64,000 nucleotides of DNA from Pseudomonadota bacterium (lineage in GTDB: Bacteria; Pseudomonadota; Gammaproteobacteria; Xanthomonadales; Rhodanobacteraceae). Both the position numbers and the translations under genes were made by a program. This document shows positions 1 through 13,400 of this stretch, in pieces. The notes beneath the pieces were generated by a model. It made no database searches, was not told the origin of the DNA, and saw only the letters and a list, made by a program, of their open reading frames with translations. The stretch spans positions 23,331 through 87,330 of the forward strand of contig JAKAEJ010000003.1 in assembly GCA_021818335.1 (NCBI GenBank). The letters run 5' to 3'. Every line of letters begins with the position of its first letter. The first letter of the stretch is position 1.

Positions 1-579
1 GAATCGCCGAACGAGCTTCGGCGCCTCATTGACGAAAAGAATCTGGCAAACAACCGAGCCCGCATGGTGGCTGGCTATTGTTGGGACTGGAAGAGCAAAA
101 GGCAGCCGAGCGCGTTCGATGTCGTGATTCCAGAGCATAGTTTCGCGATGCAATGGAACCTGGCCCAGGACGGCGGCCTTTGGATCACAGCCGATCGATC
201 GGTGGAGCAAATCGGGTGCATCCATACCTGTCAGGGGCTTGAGGTTGACTATGTTGGCGTTATCGTCGGACCAGATCTGATCGCCCGCGCCGGCGAGATC
301 GTGACCCGACCTGAGAAGCGTTCACGACAGGACCAATCCATCAAGGGCTACAAGAAGGCGTTGCGCGCGAAACCCGAGGAAGCGCGGAGCAAGGCCGACG
401 CCATCATCAAGAACACGTATCGGACTTTGATGACCCGCGGCATGAAGGGTTGCTACATCTACTGCACGGATGCCGAGACGGCCGCTTACTTTCGCGAGAG
501 GATTGCTCACCGATACGAACCAGGGCGGCCGGACATCGGGTTGGAAATGGTCGCCGACAAGGCGACGGACGCGCGTTAA
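1..579 (+). CDS. DUF2075-family (Schlafen group 3-like helicase domain) protein, C-terminal part; 5' truncated by the window edge
   Basis: Frame is open from base 1 (ESPNELRRLIDEKN...RARMVAGYCWDW). Motifs VAGYCWDW, IGCIHTCQGLEVDYVGVIVGPDL and IKNTYRTLMTRGMKGCYIY are typical of DUF2075 C-termini. Confidence 0.85.
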   Translation, partial: ESPNELRRLIDEKNLANNRARMVAGYCWDWKSKRQPSAFDVVIPEHSFAMQWNLAQDGGLWITADRSVEQIGCIHTCQGLEVDYVGVIVGPDLIARAGEIVTRPEKRSRQDQSIKGYKKALRAKPEEARSKADAIIKNTYRTLMTRGMKGCYIYCTDAETAAYFRERIAHRYEPGRPDIGLEMVADKATDAR

Positions 580-582
580 CCC

Positions 583-1587
583 ATGCGCTACTGGTGGGTC
601 AACCAGAATCAGACATTCCGCCAGGAGATCGAGGGCGGCTACCTCTGGTCACCCAAGCGCAACAAGAACGGTCACCGCAACCCGTTCTACGAGTTCATGC
701 GCGAGGTGGCTCCCGGTGACATCGTGTTTTCATTCTGCAACACACGGGTCGCAGCGCTAGGCATCGTTAGCGGCTACTGCCGCGAAAGCCCCAAGCCGGA
801 CGAATTCGGCACCGCCGGCATGAATTGGAGCCAGATTGGTTGGCGCGTGAGTGTGCGCTGGCAACGTCTGGCGAACGTCGTCCGCCCCAAAGAGCACATC
901 GCAAGCCTGCGCGCAGATCTTGCGAGCAAGTACGCGCCTCTCACCCCTGAAGGAAATGGGCTGCAGAGCGTTTACCTGACAGCCGTCAGCCCTGCGTTGG
1001 CGTCGACGCTCGTTGCGTTGATCGGGCCGGAAGCATCGCGCGTTGCCGATGCTGGCCACGAGGTCAGCAAGATCGAGCGCGATACGCCTGCGCCGGAACA
1101 GGACATCGAGGAGTGGGAACGTCGGGTGGAAGTCGAAATCACGACCGACTTCGCCATTCGCGAGACCGAGAGATCGGCTCTCGTTCTAGCCCGTCGCGGT
1201 CAGGGGCAGTTTCGCGACAACGTGCGGTCGATCGAGCGCGCCTGCCGAATTACCAAAGTAGAGCGCATGGAGCACTTGGTGGCCAGCCACGTGCGCCCTT
1301 GGCGCGATAGCAGCAACGAACAGCGGCTGGATGGCGAGAATGGGTTGCTACTTACCCCGACGGTGGATCACTTGTTCGACAAAGGGTTCATCTCGTTCGA
1401 GGACTCCGGCCAACTGCTCGTCTCGCCCGTGGCAGACCCCGAATCCATGAGGCGCATGGGCATTGACCAAGAGCGTCGAATCAACGTCGGCGCGTTCTCA
1501 GAGGGCCAGCGGCGGTACCTGGACTTTCATCGCGAGAACGTCCTTCGCATGGCTCATGTCGACACCTGGAATGGTCGCCGTCGCTAA
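583..1587 (+). CDS. HNH endonuclease with N-terminal EVE/PUA-like domain; putative modification-dependent restriction enzyme
   Basis: N-terminus MRYWWVNQNQTFRQEIEGGYLWSPK...MREVAPGDIVFSF is EVE-like. C-terminus has HNH_2 motifs RRGQGQFR, CRIT, LVASHVRPW, NGLLL..TVDHLFDKGFISF. Starts 3 bp after the upstream stop. Confidence 0.85.
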   Translation: MRYWWVNQNQTFRQEIEGGYLWSPKRNKNGHRNPFYEFMREVAPGDIVFSFCNTRVAALGIVSGYCRESPKPDEFGTAGMNWSQIGWRVSVRWQRLANVVRPKEHIASLRADLASKYAPLTPEGNGLQSVYLTAVSPALASTLVALIGPEASRVADAGHEVSKIERDTPAPEQDIEEWERRVEVEITTDFAIRETERSALVLARRGQGQFRDNVRSIERACRITKVERMEHLVASHVRPWRDSSNEQRLDGENGLLLTPTVDHLFDKGFISFEDSGQLLVSPVADPESMRRMGIDQERRINVGAFSEGQRRYLDFHRENVLRMAHVDTWNGRRR

Positions 1588-1739
1588 ACCTTGCATCCGG
1601 CGAGCCAACGGATAGTGCCTCGCCTGTTGAATGCGTTCGCCCGATATGCCTGTATCGGCTACTCGGGTGCGGAAACTCCTACGTGGAGCCTCGAGTGAGG
1701 TTCATCGCCTCGTGCCTCACTGGCCTGCGTTCCTCCATG

Positions 1740-1800
1740 ACTTCCAAAATCACTGGCCAACCGGAACACTCAGCGGAAGTCGCTGGAAGTATATGGAATT
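1740..1800. repeat. 10-bp-phased GGAAGT/GGAAGT/GGAATT repeats plus one inverted copy next to the mnmE stop (possible att arm sites)
   Basis: GGAAGT at 1775 and 1785, GGAATT at 1795, inverted ACTTCC at 1740-1745. The mnmE stop codon is at 1805-1807. Confidence 0.4.
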
Positions 1801-1804
1801 CCTT

Positions 1805-3163
1805 CTATTTTCCGATGCAGAAACTCGAAAAGATCGCCCCCAGCAGATCATCGCTGCTATGCACGCCAGTCACGTCATCGAGCGCCGATTGGGCGAGACG
1901 AAGTGCATCGGCAGCGAGTTCCGCCATTCCGCCTGAACCCACGCGGATGACTTCGTCGCGCGCTGCTTCGATGGACATCGCTGTCTGTTGCAGCGCGCGG
2001 ACATGGCGTTCGCGCGCACTGAAGGCGCCCTCGGCTCCGTCTCCGGCACCGGCGCGTTCCCGCAAGGCAACCTGCAACAGGTCAATACCCGCACCCGACC
2101 GAGCCGACAAGGCGACTCCTTCAAGGCCATCCAGATTACCGAGCAACTGGGGTTGCACGCCATCGAGATCGATCTTGTTGAGGACCAGCAGGATCGGTGG
2201 CAGCGGCTGAAAATGCGCACGTAACCATGCAAGGTCCTGTGACCAGGTGGCGTTTCGCGTGACCAATAAGGCTAAATCGGCCCGTGCCAATTCCGCGCGT
2301 GCGCGGCGGATCCCTTCCTGCTCGACGACATCGTCCGATTCGCGCAAGCCGGCGGTATCGGCAATCTGCAGGCGTATCCCGTCAAAAGCCACGTCGACAT
2401 GCAGCACATCACGCGTTGTACCTGGAACGGGGGTCACGATGGCGCGTTCTACGCCCACCAATGCGTTGAGGAGGCTCGATTTGCCAACGTTGGGCGCCCC
2501 CACGAGAACAACCTCGAGGCCGCGGGCGAGACGCAGCCCCCGGTGGGCCGCCGCCAATACCCCTTGGTTCATGTCGTTGAGTTCGTCAAGCAACCGGATC
2601 AGTGCCGGATCGCGCAGGATCTCGAGTTCCTCATCGGGGAAATCGAGTGTGGCTTCGATCTGCACGCGCGCCGAAGTCAGCCCTTCCTGCAACTGGCGGA
2701 CGCGCTCCGAAAAGGCTCCGGCTAGCGAGCGCTGCGCCGCTCGGAGGGCGGCTTCGCTGCCTGCGGCGATAATGTCCGCCACGGCTTCCGCTTGGGCCAA
2801 ATCCAACTTGCCGTTGAGGAATGCGCGCTCGGTGAACTCGCCTGGGCGTGCCGGTCGGGCGCCCAAGGCATAGACCCGGCGCAGCAGGAGGTCGAGGAGT
2901 ACTGGACTACCGTGCGCATGGAGTTCCAGCACGTCCTCGCCCGTGTAGGAGCGGGGCGCAGGGAACCAGAGCAGAAGCCCTTGGTCCAGCAGCGCGCCAT
3001 CTGGTTCGGTGATCCGCGCATGGTGCGCATACCGCGGCCGCGGCTCCCGTCCCAGGAGTGTGCGCGCGATGGTCGCCGCCGCCGGTCCGCTAATGCGGAT
3101 GATGCCAATGCCCGCGGCGCCCGGCGCGGAGGCGACGGCTGCGATCGTGTCGGCACTGTGCAT
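1805..3163 (-). CDS. mnmE: tRNA modification GTPase MnmE (TrmE)
   Basis: DTIAAVASAPG, GEFTERAFLNGKLDLAQAEA, P-loop GAPNVGKSSL, PGTTRD, DTAGLR, NKID, C-terminal FSSFCIGK. Confidence 0.98.
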   Translation of the reverse strand: MHSADTIAAVASAPGAAGIGIIRISGPAAATIARTLLGREPRPRYAHHARITEPDGALLDQGLLLWFPAPRSYTGEDVLELHAHGSPVLLDLLLRRVYALGARPARPGEFTERAFLNGKLDLAQAEAVADIIAAGSEAALRAAQRSLAGAFSERVRQLQEGLTSARVQIEATLDFPDEELEILRDPALIRLLDELNDMNQGVLAAAHRGLRLARGLEVVLVGAPNVGKSSLLNALVGVERAIVTPVPGTTRDVLHVDVAFDGIRLQIADTAGLRESDDVVEQEGIRRARAELARADLALLVTRNATWSQDLAWLRAHFQPLPPILLVLNKIDLDGVQPQLLGNLDGLEGVALSARSGAGIDLLQVALRERAGAGDGAEGAFSARERHVRALQQTAMSIEAARDEVIRVGSGGMAELAADALRLAQSALDDVTGVHSSDDLLGAIFSSFCIGK

Positions 3164-3171
3164 CGGCTCGA

Positions 3172-4869
3172 TCAGGTCTTGGTAGCGCCGGGTCTTTCAA
3201 CTTGGCGCATCACCCACCACTGCTGCAGCACCCCGGTCAGGCTGTTGACCAGGTAGTAGAGCACCAAGCCGGCGGGAAAGACGGCGAAGAAAACGGCCAT
3301 GACCACGGGCATGAACTTCATGATCTTGGCCTGCGTCGGATCCATTCCAGCGGCCGGTGTCAAATGCTGTTGAAGGAGCATCACCGCGGCATTGAGGGCA
3401 GGCAGCACGAAGTACGGATCCGGCGCTGAGAGGTTGTGGATCCAGCCAAAGAAGGGGGCCTGGCGCAACTCTACGGACTCGATAAGCACCCAATAACGCG
3501 CAAAAAAGACGGGAACCTGGACCAGCATCGGCCAGCAGCCCGACAAGGGATTCACCTTCTCCTTTTGATACAGCTCCATCACTGCTTGCTGCATCTTGGT
3601 CTTGTCGTCGGCATACCGCTCCTGCAATGCCTTGAGACGCGGCGCGAGCTTCCGCATCCTCGCCATCGAACGGTATTGCTTGTCGCTTAGTTTGAAGAAG
3701 GCAGCCTTGAGCAGTAGCACCAGAAGGATGATTGCCAAACCCCAGTTCAATGTGACGCGGTGGAGCTGGACCAGAATCCAGTGCAGCGGCTGGGCGATCA
3801 CGGTGAAAATCCCGTAATCGACGCTCAGGTCGAGTCCGGGGGCCGCGGCTTCCATGACGCTGGGCCGTTTGGGGCCGACAAAGAGACGGATGGTTTGCTC
3901 GGCAGCTGCCTTGGGCGCAACGCTGAATGTCGGACCAACGGCGCGCAGCGCGTAGTACGGAATGCCCTGCCGCTCGACAACGTTGCTGCTGAACCGATAG
4001 GACTGCTGCGATGGCGGAATCCATGCCGCGACGAAGTAGTGCTGCACAAAGGCCAGCCAACCGCCACTGACTGCCCGCGCCAAGGGCTTTTTGGAAAAAT
4101 CGGAATAGTCGAGCTTGTTGAACTTGTCCTCGGGGCTATACCAGGCACCTCCCGCGAAGACGAAACTGGACGGATCGTGCAGAAACCCGAAGTGTGACTT
4201 CGGCGGCGGCGTGGCTATGCGAACCAGTTGCGTCCACACGCTCCCGGACCACGGCTGTGTTCCGGTGTTCCGCACGATCTGCTGGAGCTCCACGGTATAG
4301 CTGCCGCGCGTAAACACGTAGCGCTTGGTCACGCTGATGCCGGCAAGTGCGTCATTCCACGTGAGGTCGACCGTCAGGTGCTTTTGCCACGCCGCCAGGC
4401 TGTAGCTGCTTTTTGCGGAAGCGTAGTCGGCATCCGCCGCCGGTACCGCCGAGCCTGCCCCGATCAGCCCACTCTGTGCGACCAGATAATGACTGTCGTG
4501 ATCGTCCAGCAGGGCGACCCGCTCTGCCTGCTGCGGGCGGACGGCGTAATGCAGCAACCGGGCCTGGACCAATGTCCCTCCCGCCGAATCGATCGTGACA
4601 TCCAGCAAGTCGGTATGCACCGTGATCCGATGCCCGCGGCTGTTGATCACGGGGGGCACTGAGACCGCATTGGGCGAAGTCGCCAGGGGCTTTGCCGACG
4701 GCGCAGGCGCGTTCACATCGCCGGCTGGCGCAGCCACCAAAGCACTCGCGGTCCCTGACGCTGCTGGCTGGACCGGATGCCGAACGTCGAACTGCTGTTG
4801 CCAGCCTTGCCACAACAGAACGGCAACTACCACCAGGCCTACCATCAGGAATGTGCGCGTCTGAGTCAT
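3172..4869 (-). CDS. yidC: Membrane protein insertase YidC
   Basis: N-terminal TM anchor, large periplasmic domain, VDYG, NWGLAIILL, LYQKEKVNPLSGCWP, PAGLVLYY. Canonical rnpA-yidC-mnmE order. Confidence 0.97.
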   Translation of the reverse strand: MTQTRTFLMVGLVVVAVLLWQGWQQQFDVRHPVQPAASGTASALVAAPAGDVNAPAPSAKPLATSPNAVSVPPVINSRGHRITVHTDLLDVTIDSAGGTLVQARLLHYAVRPQQAERVALLDDHDSHYLVAQSGLIGAGSAVPAADADYASAKSSYSLAAWQKHLTVDLTWNDALAGISVTKRYVFTRGSYTVELQQIVRNTGTQPWSGSVWTQLVRIATPPPKSHFGFLHDPSSFVFAGGAWYSPEDKFNKLDYSDFSKKPLARAVSGGWLAFVQHYFVAAWIPPSQQSYRFSSNVVERQGIPYYALRAVGPTFSVAPKAAAEQTIRLFVGPKRPSVMEAAAPGLDLSVDYGIFTVIAQPLHWILVQLHRVTLNWGLAIILLVLLLKAAFFKLSDKQYRSMARMRKLAPRLKALQERYADDKTKMQQAVMELYQKEKVNPLSGCWPMLVQVPVFFARYWVLIESVELRQAPFFGWIHNLSAPDPYFVLPALNAAVMLLQQHLTPAAGMDPTQAKIMKFMPVVMAVFFAVFPAGLVLYYLVNSLTGVLQQWWVMRQVERPGATKT

Positions 4870-4909
4870 CGACTTGAGTCCATTGGGCGCGCAGGGGCCG
4901 ACGCGCGGG

Positions 4910-5293
4910 TCAGCCGGGCATTGTGCCGGGCGTTGGGGGTGGCTTCAATGCTGCGATGCGCTGGAACACGGCGAAAAGATCCGCGGCAAGTTCAACATTG
5001 GATGCATTTGCGGCGCTCCCTCGCGCGATTACCAGCAGGTCGAAGGCAGGCAACCGGCTTCGCTGTTTCCGAAAAGCCTCGCGGACCTGGCGCTTGATGC
5101 GATTGCGCTGCACCGCTCGCTTGTGGACCCGCTTCGACACAGACTGCGCGGCTCGGGCCACCCCGGCGCTTGTCTGCCGGAAGCGCACCACGAAGTGCCG
5201 ACCACCGAGCGCTGGCGCGTCTCGCCCGAGCGCGGCGAAATCGGCGGCGCGGGAGAGCCTTGCGCCGCGCGGCAGGCCCTCCGCTACGCCCAT
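4910..5293 (-). CDS. rnpA: Ribonuclease P protein component
   Basis: RL..AADF and the RNR motif VSKRVHKRAVQRNRIKRQVREAFR. Start moved to ATG 5293, just after rpmH. Confidence 0.93.
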   Translation of the reverse strand: MGVAEGLPRGARLSRAADFAALGRDAPALGGRHFVVRFRQTSAGVARAAQSVSKRVHKRAVQRNRIKRQVREAFRKQRSRLPAFDLLVIARGSAANASNVELAADLFAVFQRIAALKPPPTPGTMPG

Positions 5294-5300
5294 TGGCGCG

Positions 5301-5435
5301 TCAGGGAACCAGGCGCTTGCGGCCCTTGGCACGCCGTGCGGCCAGGACTTTGCGACCATCGGCTGTGGCCATGCGGGCGCGGAAGCCATGGGTACGGGCG
5401 CGCTTGAGATTACTGGGTTGGAATGTGCGCTTCAT
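5301..5435 (-). CDS. rpmH: 50S ribosomal protein L34
   Basis: [42 protein letters not shown]. Confidence 0.99.
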   Translation of the reverse strand: MKRTFQPSNLKRARTHGFRARMATADGRKVLAARRAKGRKRLVP

Positions 5436-5466
5436 CGCTGCACGCTCTTGACTAAAAAGGCCGACG

Positions 5467-5496
5467 ATTATCGCGAGAGCCATGCAGGACTGTCAA
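5467..5496 (-). promoter_or_regulatory. sigma70 promoter of the rpmH-rnpA-yidC-mnmE operon
   Basis: Minus strand TTGACA-N18-GATAAT, about 30 bp upstream of the rpmH ATG. Confidence 0.7.
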
Positions 5497-5598
5497 TTGC
5501 GCACCTTCCGCGGGCTGGCATTGCTACACTCAGCGGCCGATCCTGCCTTGCCGGCCCGCAAGCGCGCCAGGCGATCCGTTGATGCTTCCGGTACCCCA

Positions 5599-6933
5599 AT
5601 GAGCGATCTCTGGCAACGATGCCTTGCGCGACTCGATGGCGAGTTGGGCAGCGACATGCATACATGGCTCATGCCTCTGCAGGCCCGCGAGGATGATGCG
5701 GGCCTGCGGCTTTACGCTCCCAATGCCTACACGGTCGATATGGTGCGCGAGCAGTATCTGGCGCAAATCCGTCGGGTGCTCGAGCATCTTGCCGGCAAGC
5801 CCGTGTCGGTTCAGCTTGAAGTGGGTAGCGCCCGCCCCGCGCCGGCGCCACCGTCGGCCAATGCGGCGGGCGTGAGCTCCGTCCGGGCGGTCGCCGTTTC
5901 CGAGGAACCCTTTGATGGCAACCTCGATCCGGCCTACACGTTCGAGAATTTCGTCGAGGGGAAACCCAATCAGTTGGGCAAGGCCGCAGCGATGCAGGTC
6001 GCGCAGGCACCGGGGACTGCCTACAACCCGTTGCTGCTTTATGGGGGAACCGGCCTCGGCAAGACCCATCTGATGCATGCAGCGGGCAATTTGATCGCCG
6101 CCACGCATCCCGGAGCACGGGTCCTGTACCTCCGCTCGGAACAATTCGTTGGCGCCATGATCGAGGCCCTGCGGACCAAGAACATGGACGCTTTCAAACG
6201 CCGTTTCCGCGAGGTCGACGCGCTGCTGATCGATGACATTCAGTTTTTCGCGGGCAAGAACACAACCCAGGAAGAGTTCTTCCACACGTTCAATACCCTG
6301 TTCGAGGGCAAGCAACAGATCATCCTGACGTGTGATCGCTATCCGCGGGAGGTCGAAAACCTCGAGGCGCGCTTGAAGTCTCGCCTTGGATGGGGCCTTT
6401 CAGTGGCCATTGAAGCGCCGGATTTCGAGACACGGGCGGCGATTCTTCTGGCAAAGGCCCAGCGCCGGGGCATGGCGCTCCCCGAGGAAGTGGCGCTGCT
6501 GCTGGCGCGTCGAATCCGATCCAACGTGAGGGACCTTGAAGGTGCGCTCAACACCTTGGCGGCGCGAGCCAACTTCTTCGGTAAGCCGATCACACTCTCG
6601 TTCGCGGAAGAGACGCTGCGCGACCTGCTGTCGGTGCATCAGCTGTCAGTCACGGTACCCAACATTCAGAAGACCGTGGCGGACTACTTCCAGGTCCGGT
6701 TGTCCGATTTGTTGTCGAAGCGCCGAGTCCGGTCACTGGCGCGACCTCGCCAGCTGGCCATGGCGCTGGCGAAGGAACTGACCGAGCACAGCCTACCGGA
6801 GATTGGCGAAGCCTTCGGGGGACGGGACCACACGACGGTGATCCATGCATGTCGGACAATCCGCACGTTGTGTGAGCGCGATGCCCGCATGAGGCAAGAC
6901 TGGGAGAAGCTGATTCGTATACTGACCGGGTAA
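5599..6933 (+). CDS. dnaA: Chromosomal replication initiator DnaA
   Basis: [43 protein letters not shown], domain [14 protein letters not shown]. Start at MSDLWQRC. Confidence 0.99.
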   Translation: MSDLWQRCLARLDGELGSDMHTWLMPLQAREDDAGLRLYAPNAYTVDMVREQYLAQIRRVLEHLAGKPVSVQLEVGSARPAPAPPSANAAGVSSVRAVAVSEEPFDGNLDPAYTFENFVEGKPNQLGKAAAMQVAQAPGTAYNPLLLYGGTGLGKTHLMHAAGNLIAATHPGARVLYLRSEQFVGAMIEALRTKNMDAFKRRFREVDALLIDDIQFFAGKNTTQEEFFHTFNTLFEGKQQIILTCDRYPREVENLEARLKSRLGWGLSVAIEAPDFETRAAILLAKAQRRGMALPEEVALLLARRIRSNVRDLEGALNTLAARANFFGKPITLSFAEETLRDLLSVHQLSVTVPNIQKTVADYFQVRLSDLLSKRRVRSLARPRQLAMALAKELTEHSLPEIGEAFGGRDHTTVIHACRTIRTLCERDARMRQDWEKLIRILTG

Positions 6934-7129
6934 AGCCTGTGGATAACCCCAGGCGATCGGGGCCTGGCGCGGTTATCCACAGGATTTGCCGACGCGACGG
7001 GGAAGTTACCGACAAGGAAGTGTGGCGCTAAGGCATTGATAAGCTTAGATAAGATAGCGAAGTCCCCACCACGGAGGGGGCTACAGCAACAACAAAACAT
7101 CCTTCTATAAATCAGGAACGGATCAAGCC
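6934..7129. other. oriC: Chromosomal replication origin (oriC) in the dnaA-dnaN gap
   Basis: Perfect DnaA boxes TGTGGATAA (6938-6946) and TTATCCACA (6973-6981), degenerate TTACCGACA (7006-7014), AT-richer tracts near 7035-7057 and 7081-7115. Confidence 0.85.
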
Positions 7130-8236
7130 ATGCGAGCCAGCCTATCCAGAGATGCCATGCTGCAACCCCTCCAACGCATCATTGGCGTTGTGGAACGGCG
7201 GCAGACGATGCCGGTCCTTGCCCATGTGCTCGTCGAGATCGACACGCAGAACCGGATGACATTGACCGGAACCGACATGGAAGTCGAGATGATCGGAAGT
7301 ACGTCGCTGGAGGCCGGCGAGCCGGGGACATGCACCCTTCCGGCGCGGAAGCTCTACGATCTGCTGCGTGCACTCCCCGCGGACGCGCGCATCGACATGA
7401 ACTTGGATGGGGAACGCGCGCAACTGCGGGCAGGCCGCAGTCGCTACACGCTCGTGACCTTGCCGACGGCCGACTTTCCGGTCCTGGACAACATCGAGGT
7501 CGTGGACCGCCTGCGCATCAGTGCGGCGGCGCTCAGGGACCTGCTTGAGCGGACCCAATTCGCGATGGCGAATCAGGACGTCCGGTACTACCTGAATGGC
7601 ATGCTGTTCGACATGCATGCCGAGGGATTGCGCTGCGTCACCACGGACGGCCACCGGCTCGCGATGGCTGATGCCGTGTTGCCGGGCGCAGGGCAGCGGA
7701 CGCGGCGGCAACTGATCGTGCCGCGCAAAGGCGTGGCGGAGCTTCTGGGTTTGCTGGAATCCACCGAGGAGGAGGTTGAGCTGGAATTTGCGCGCAACCA
7801 TCTCCGGTTGCACCGCGAAGGCCTTCGGTTCACTTCGAAGCTCATCGACGGGAAATTTCCCGACTATGAAACCGTCATCCCGATTGGCGCCGACAAGCAG
7901 GTCACGGTCGGCCGCAACCTGCTGCGGGAGACGTTACAGCGGGCCGCCATTCTGTCGAACGAGAAATATCGCGGGGTGCGGCTCGAGCTTGCCCGTGGGC
8001 GGATGCGGATCGTGGCCCACAATCCGGAGCAGGAGGAAGCCGTCGAAGAGATCGAGGTCGAGAGCGCGGTTGAGGACCTTGCTGTCGGCTTCAACGTCAG
8101 TTACCTCCTCGATGCGTTGGGTGCATTGCGGGGCGAGTCGGTGTCGTTGCGGTTGCGCGACGCGCAGTCCAGCTGCCTGCTGGAGGGGGTTCCAGACGAA
8201 CGGGCGCGGCACGTAATCATGCCTTTGCGGCTCTGA
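7130..8236 (+). CDS. dnaN: DNA polymerase III beta clamp
   Basis: VVERRQTMPVL, TLPARKL, FAMANQDVRYYLNG, TDGHRLA, SKLIDGKFPDY, GFNVSYLLD, C-terminal VIMPLRL. Confidence 0.99.
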   Translation: MRASLSRDAMLQPLQRIIGVVERRQTMPVLAHVLVEIDTQNRMTLTGTDMEVEMIGSTSLEAGEPGTCTLPARKLYDLLRALPADARIDMNLDGERAQLRAGRSRYTLVTLPTADFPVLDNIEVVDRLRISAAALRDLLERTQFAMANQDVRYYLNGMLFDMHAEGLRCVTTDGHRLAMADAVLPGAGQRTRRQLIVPRKGVAELLGLLESTEEEVELEFARNHLRLHREGLRFTSKLIDGKFPDYETVIPIGADKQVTVGRNLLRETLQRAAILSNEKYRGVRLELARGRMRIVAHNPEQEEAVEEIEVESAVEDLAVGFNVSYLLDALGALRGESVSLRLRDAQSSCLLEGVPDERARHVIMPLRL

Positions 8237-8269
8237 AGGAGGCTCGCGCTGCGGTCCGCGCGCCTACGA

Positions 8270-11828
<3,559 letters not shown>

Positions 11829-11970
11829 AGCCCGATTGCCGGCGGCGCGCGCTGCAATCGTATGCACGTGCAAGGCTGTCGCGCCGCAACTTGGCGCGCG
11901 CGGCCTCTGCCGCTAGTCTTGACTGCCCAAACGTCGCTCGACGCGGCGTCCTCTCCCCCACGAGGTCCGC

Positions 11971-13245
11971 ATGAAAGCCCGTGTTTTGCTAAGGTCCGCT
12001 CTGTTGCTGCTGGCTCTCGGAGCCGTCAGCGTCTCGTATGCGAAGGATGGCCACAAGGCCCCGGAATATCCGAACGCCAAGCGTGAGGCGCCGCGCATCG
12101 ACCTGCGCAGCAGGCGCGACGAAAAGACGCTGCAGGCCGGATTCAAGGCGCTCAATGGTGGCGACAGCAGCACGGCAACCGAGGACTTCAACAAGATCCT
12201 CAAGGATTCCGACAGCAAATATGCGAAGGCCATGGCCCTGCGCGGCTTGGCCCAGATCAAGATCACGGCCGGCGACAACACGGCGGCCATCCCGCTCCTG
12301 CAGCAAGCCATGGCCATGAATTCGCTCCCGAATGGCGGCTACTTCGACACCATGCTGACGATTGCCCAGTTGCAGGCTGAGGCGGGCCAGTGGAAGCCGG
12401 CCTTGACGACTTTGCAGCAATGGATGGATCAGGGTGGAAAGCAATCCGGATCCGCCTATGCACTGGAAGGCAACATCTATTATCGCCTCAACCAGTACCC
12501 GCAGGCCGTCAGCGCGATGAAGCAAGCGCTGGCACTCAAACCCAATGGCCCGGACTCCTGGAACCAGCTGTTGATGGCGAGCTACGCCGGCATGGGCAAC
12601 TATGCCGAGGCAGCGAAGCTCGAGCAGGCCGAGGTGGCGAAGCACCCGAACGACAAGGGCGCGGTGAAGAATCTGGTTACGGTGTACCTGCAGGCCAAGG
12701 AGCCCACGAAGGCCTTGCAGGTCATGGCGGATGCCAAGGCACGCGGCTTGTACACCACGGGCCCCGACTACGTGAACCTGGCGAAGATGTACCTCTACGT
12801 CGGCCAGAATCAGGATCATCCCAAGGCCGACGCGTTGCAGGCTGCGCAGGTCCTCGAGCAGGGGTTGGCCGCCAAGATCATCGAGCCCAGTTACGAGCCC
12901 TACGATTTGCTCGGCAAGGCCTATTACCTCGCCGGCGAGGAAGGGAAGGCGATCGACGCGCTCGCGAAGGGATCGCCGTACGCGAAGGATGGCGAGCTCG
13001 ACTTCCTCCGCGCCCAGCTGCTGATCCAGGACGACAAGTACAGCGAAGGGCGTTCGGTGATGCAGCAGGCCTTGAAGCGGGGCGTCAAGCGGGTCGGAGC
13101 CGCATGGCAGCTGATCGGCAATGCCGACCTCGCGATGCACCAGCCGAAGGCGGCCGCGAGCGCCTACGAGCGGGCTGCGAAGGACCCGGAAACGCACGCC
13201 GCGGCAGAGAAAATGCTGGCACAGCTTCACGCTGGCAAGCGCTGA
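11971..13245 (+). CDS. Exported tetratricopeptide-repeat protein upstream of the tonB-exbBD cluster
   Basis: Signal peptide (MKARVLLRSALLLLALGAVSVSYA) and repeated helical TPR-like segments. This position is typical in Xanthomonadales. Confidence 0.8.
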   Translation: MKARVLLRSALLLLALGAVSVSYAKDGHKAPEYPNAKREAPRIDLRSRRDEKTLQAGFKALNGGDSSTATEDFNKILKDSDSKYAKAMALRGLAQIKITAGDNTAAIPLLQQAMAMNSLPNGGYFDTMLTIAQLQAEAGQWKPALTTLQQWMDQGGKQSGSAYALEGNIYYRLNQYPQAVSAMKQALALKPNGPDSWNQLLMASYAGMGNYAEAAKLEQAEVAKHPNDKGAVKNLVTVYLQAKEPTKALQVMADAKARGLYTTGPDYVNLAKMYLYVGQNQDHPKADALQAAQVLEQGLAAKIIEPSYEPYDLLGKAYYLAGEEGKAIDALAKGSPYAKDGELDFLRAQLLIQDDKYSEGRSVMQQALKRGVKRVGAAWQLIGNADLAMHQPKAAASAYERAAKDPETHAAAEKMLAQLHAGKR

Positions 13246-13400
13246 TCTTGTAATCTGGCCCGGTCCCCAAAAAAGCTGAACGCACGCTATACACGGTCAC
13301 GTTTCTCGTGTACTGTGGCGGGCTTTCGATCCCCAGCAGTGCATGCGCTGACTGCATGGGGCCCGGCGATAGAAGCATCCCTAGAATTCTTGGTTGACTG

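Noticed and set aside
1631-1936. 101-aa ORF after the HNH gene, a possible third defence gene
   Set aside because: It overlaps the mnmE 3' end on the opposite strand, lacks an RBS and has no recognisable domain.
4870-4909. Absence of yidD between rnpA and yidC
   Set aside because: Loss or relocation of yidD is common and not informative by itself.
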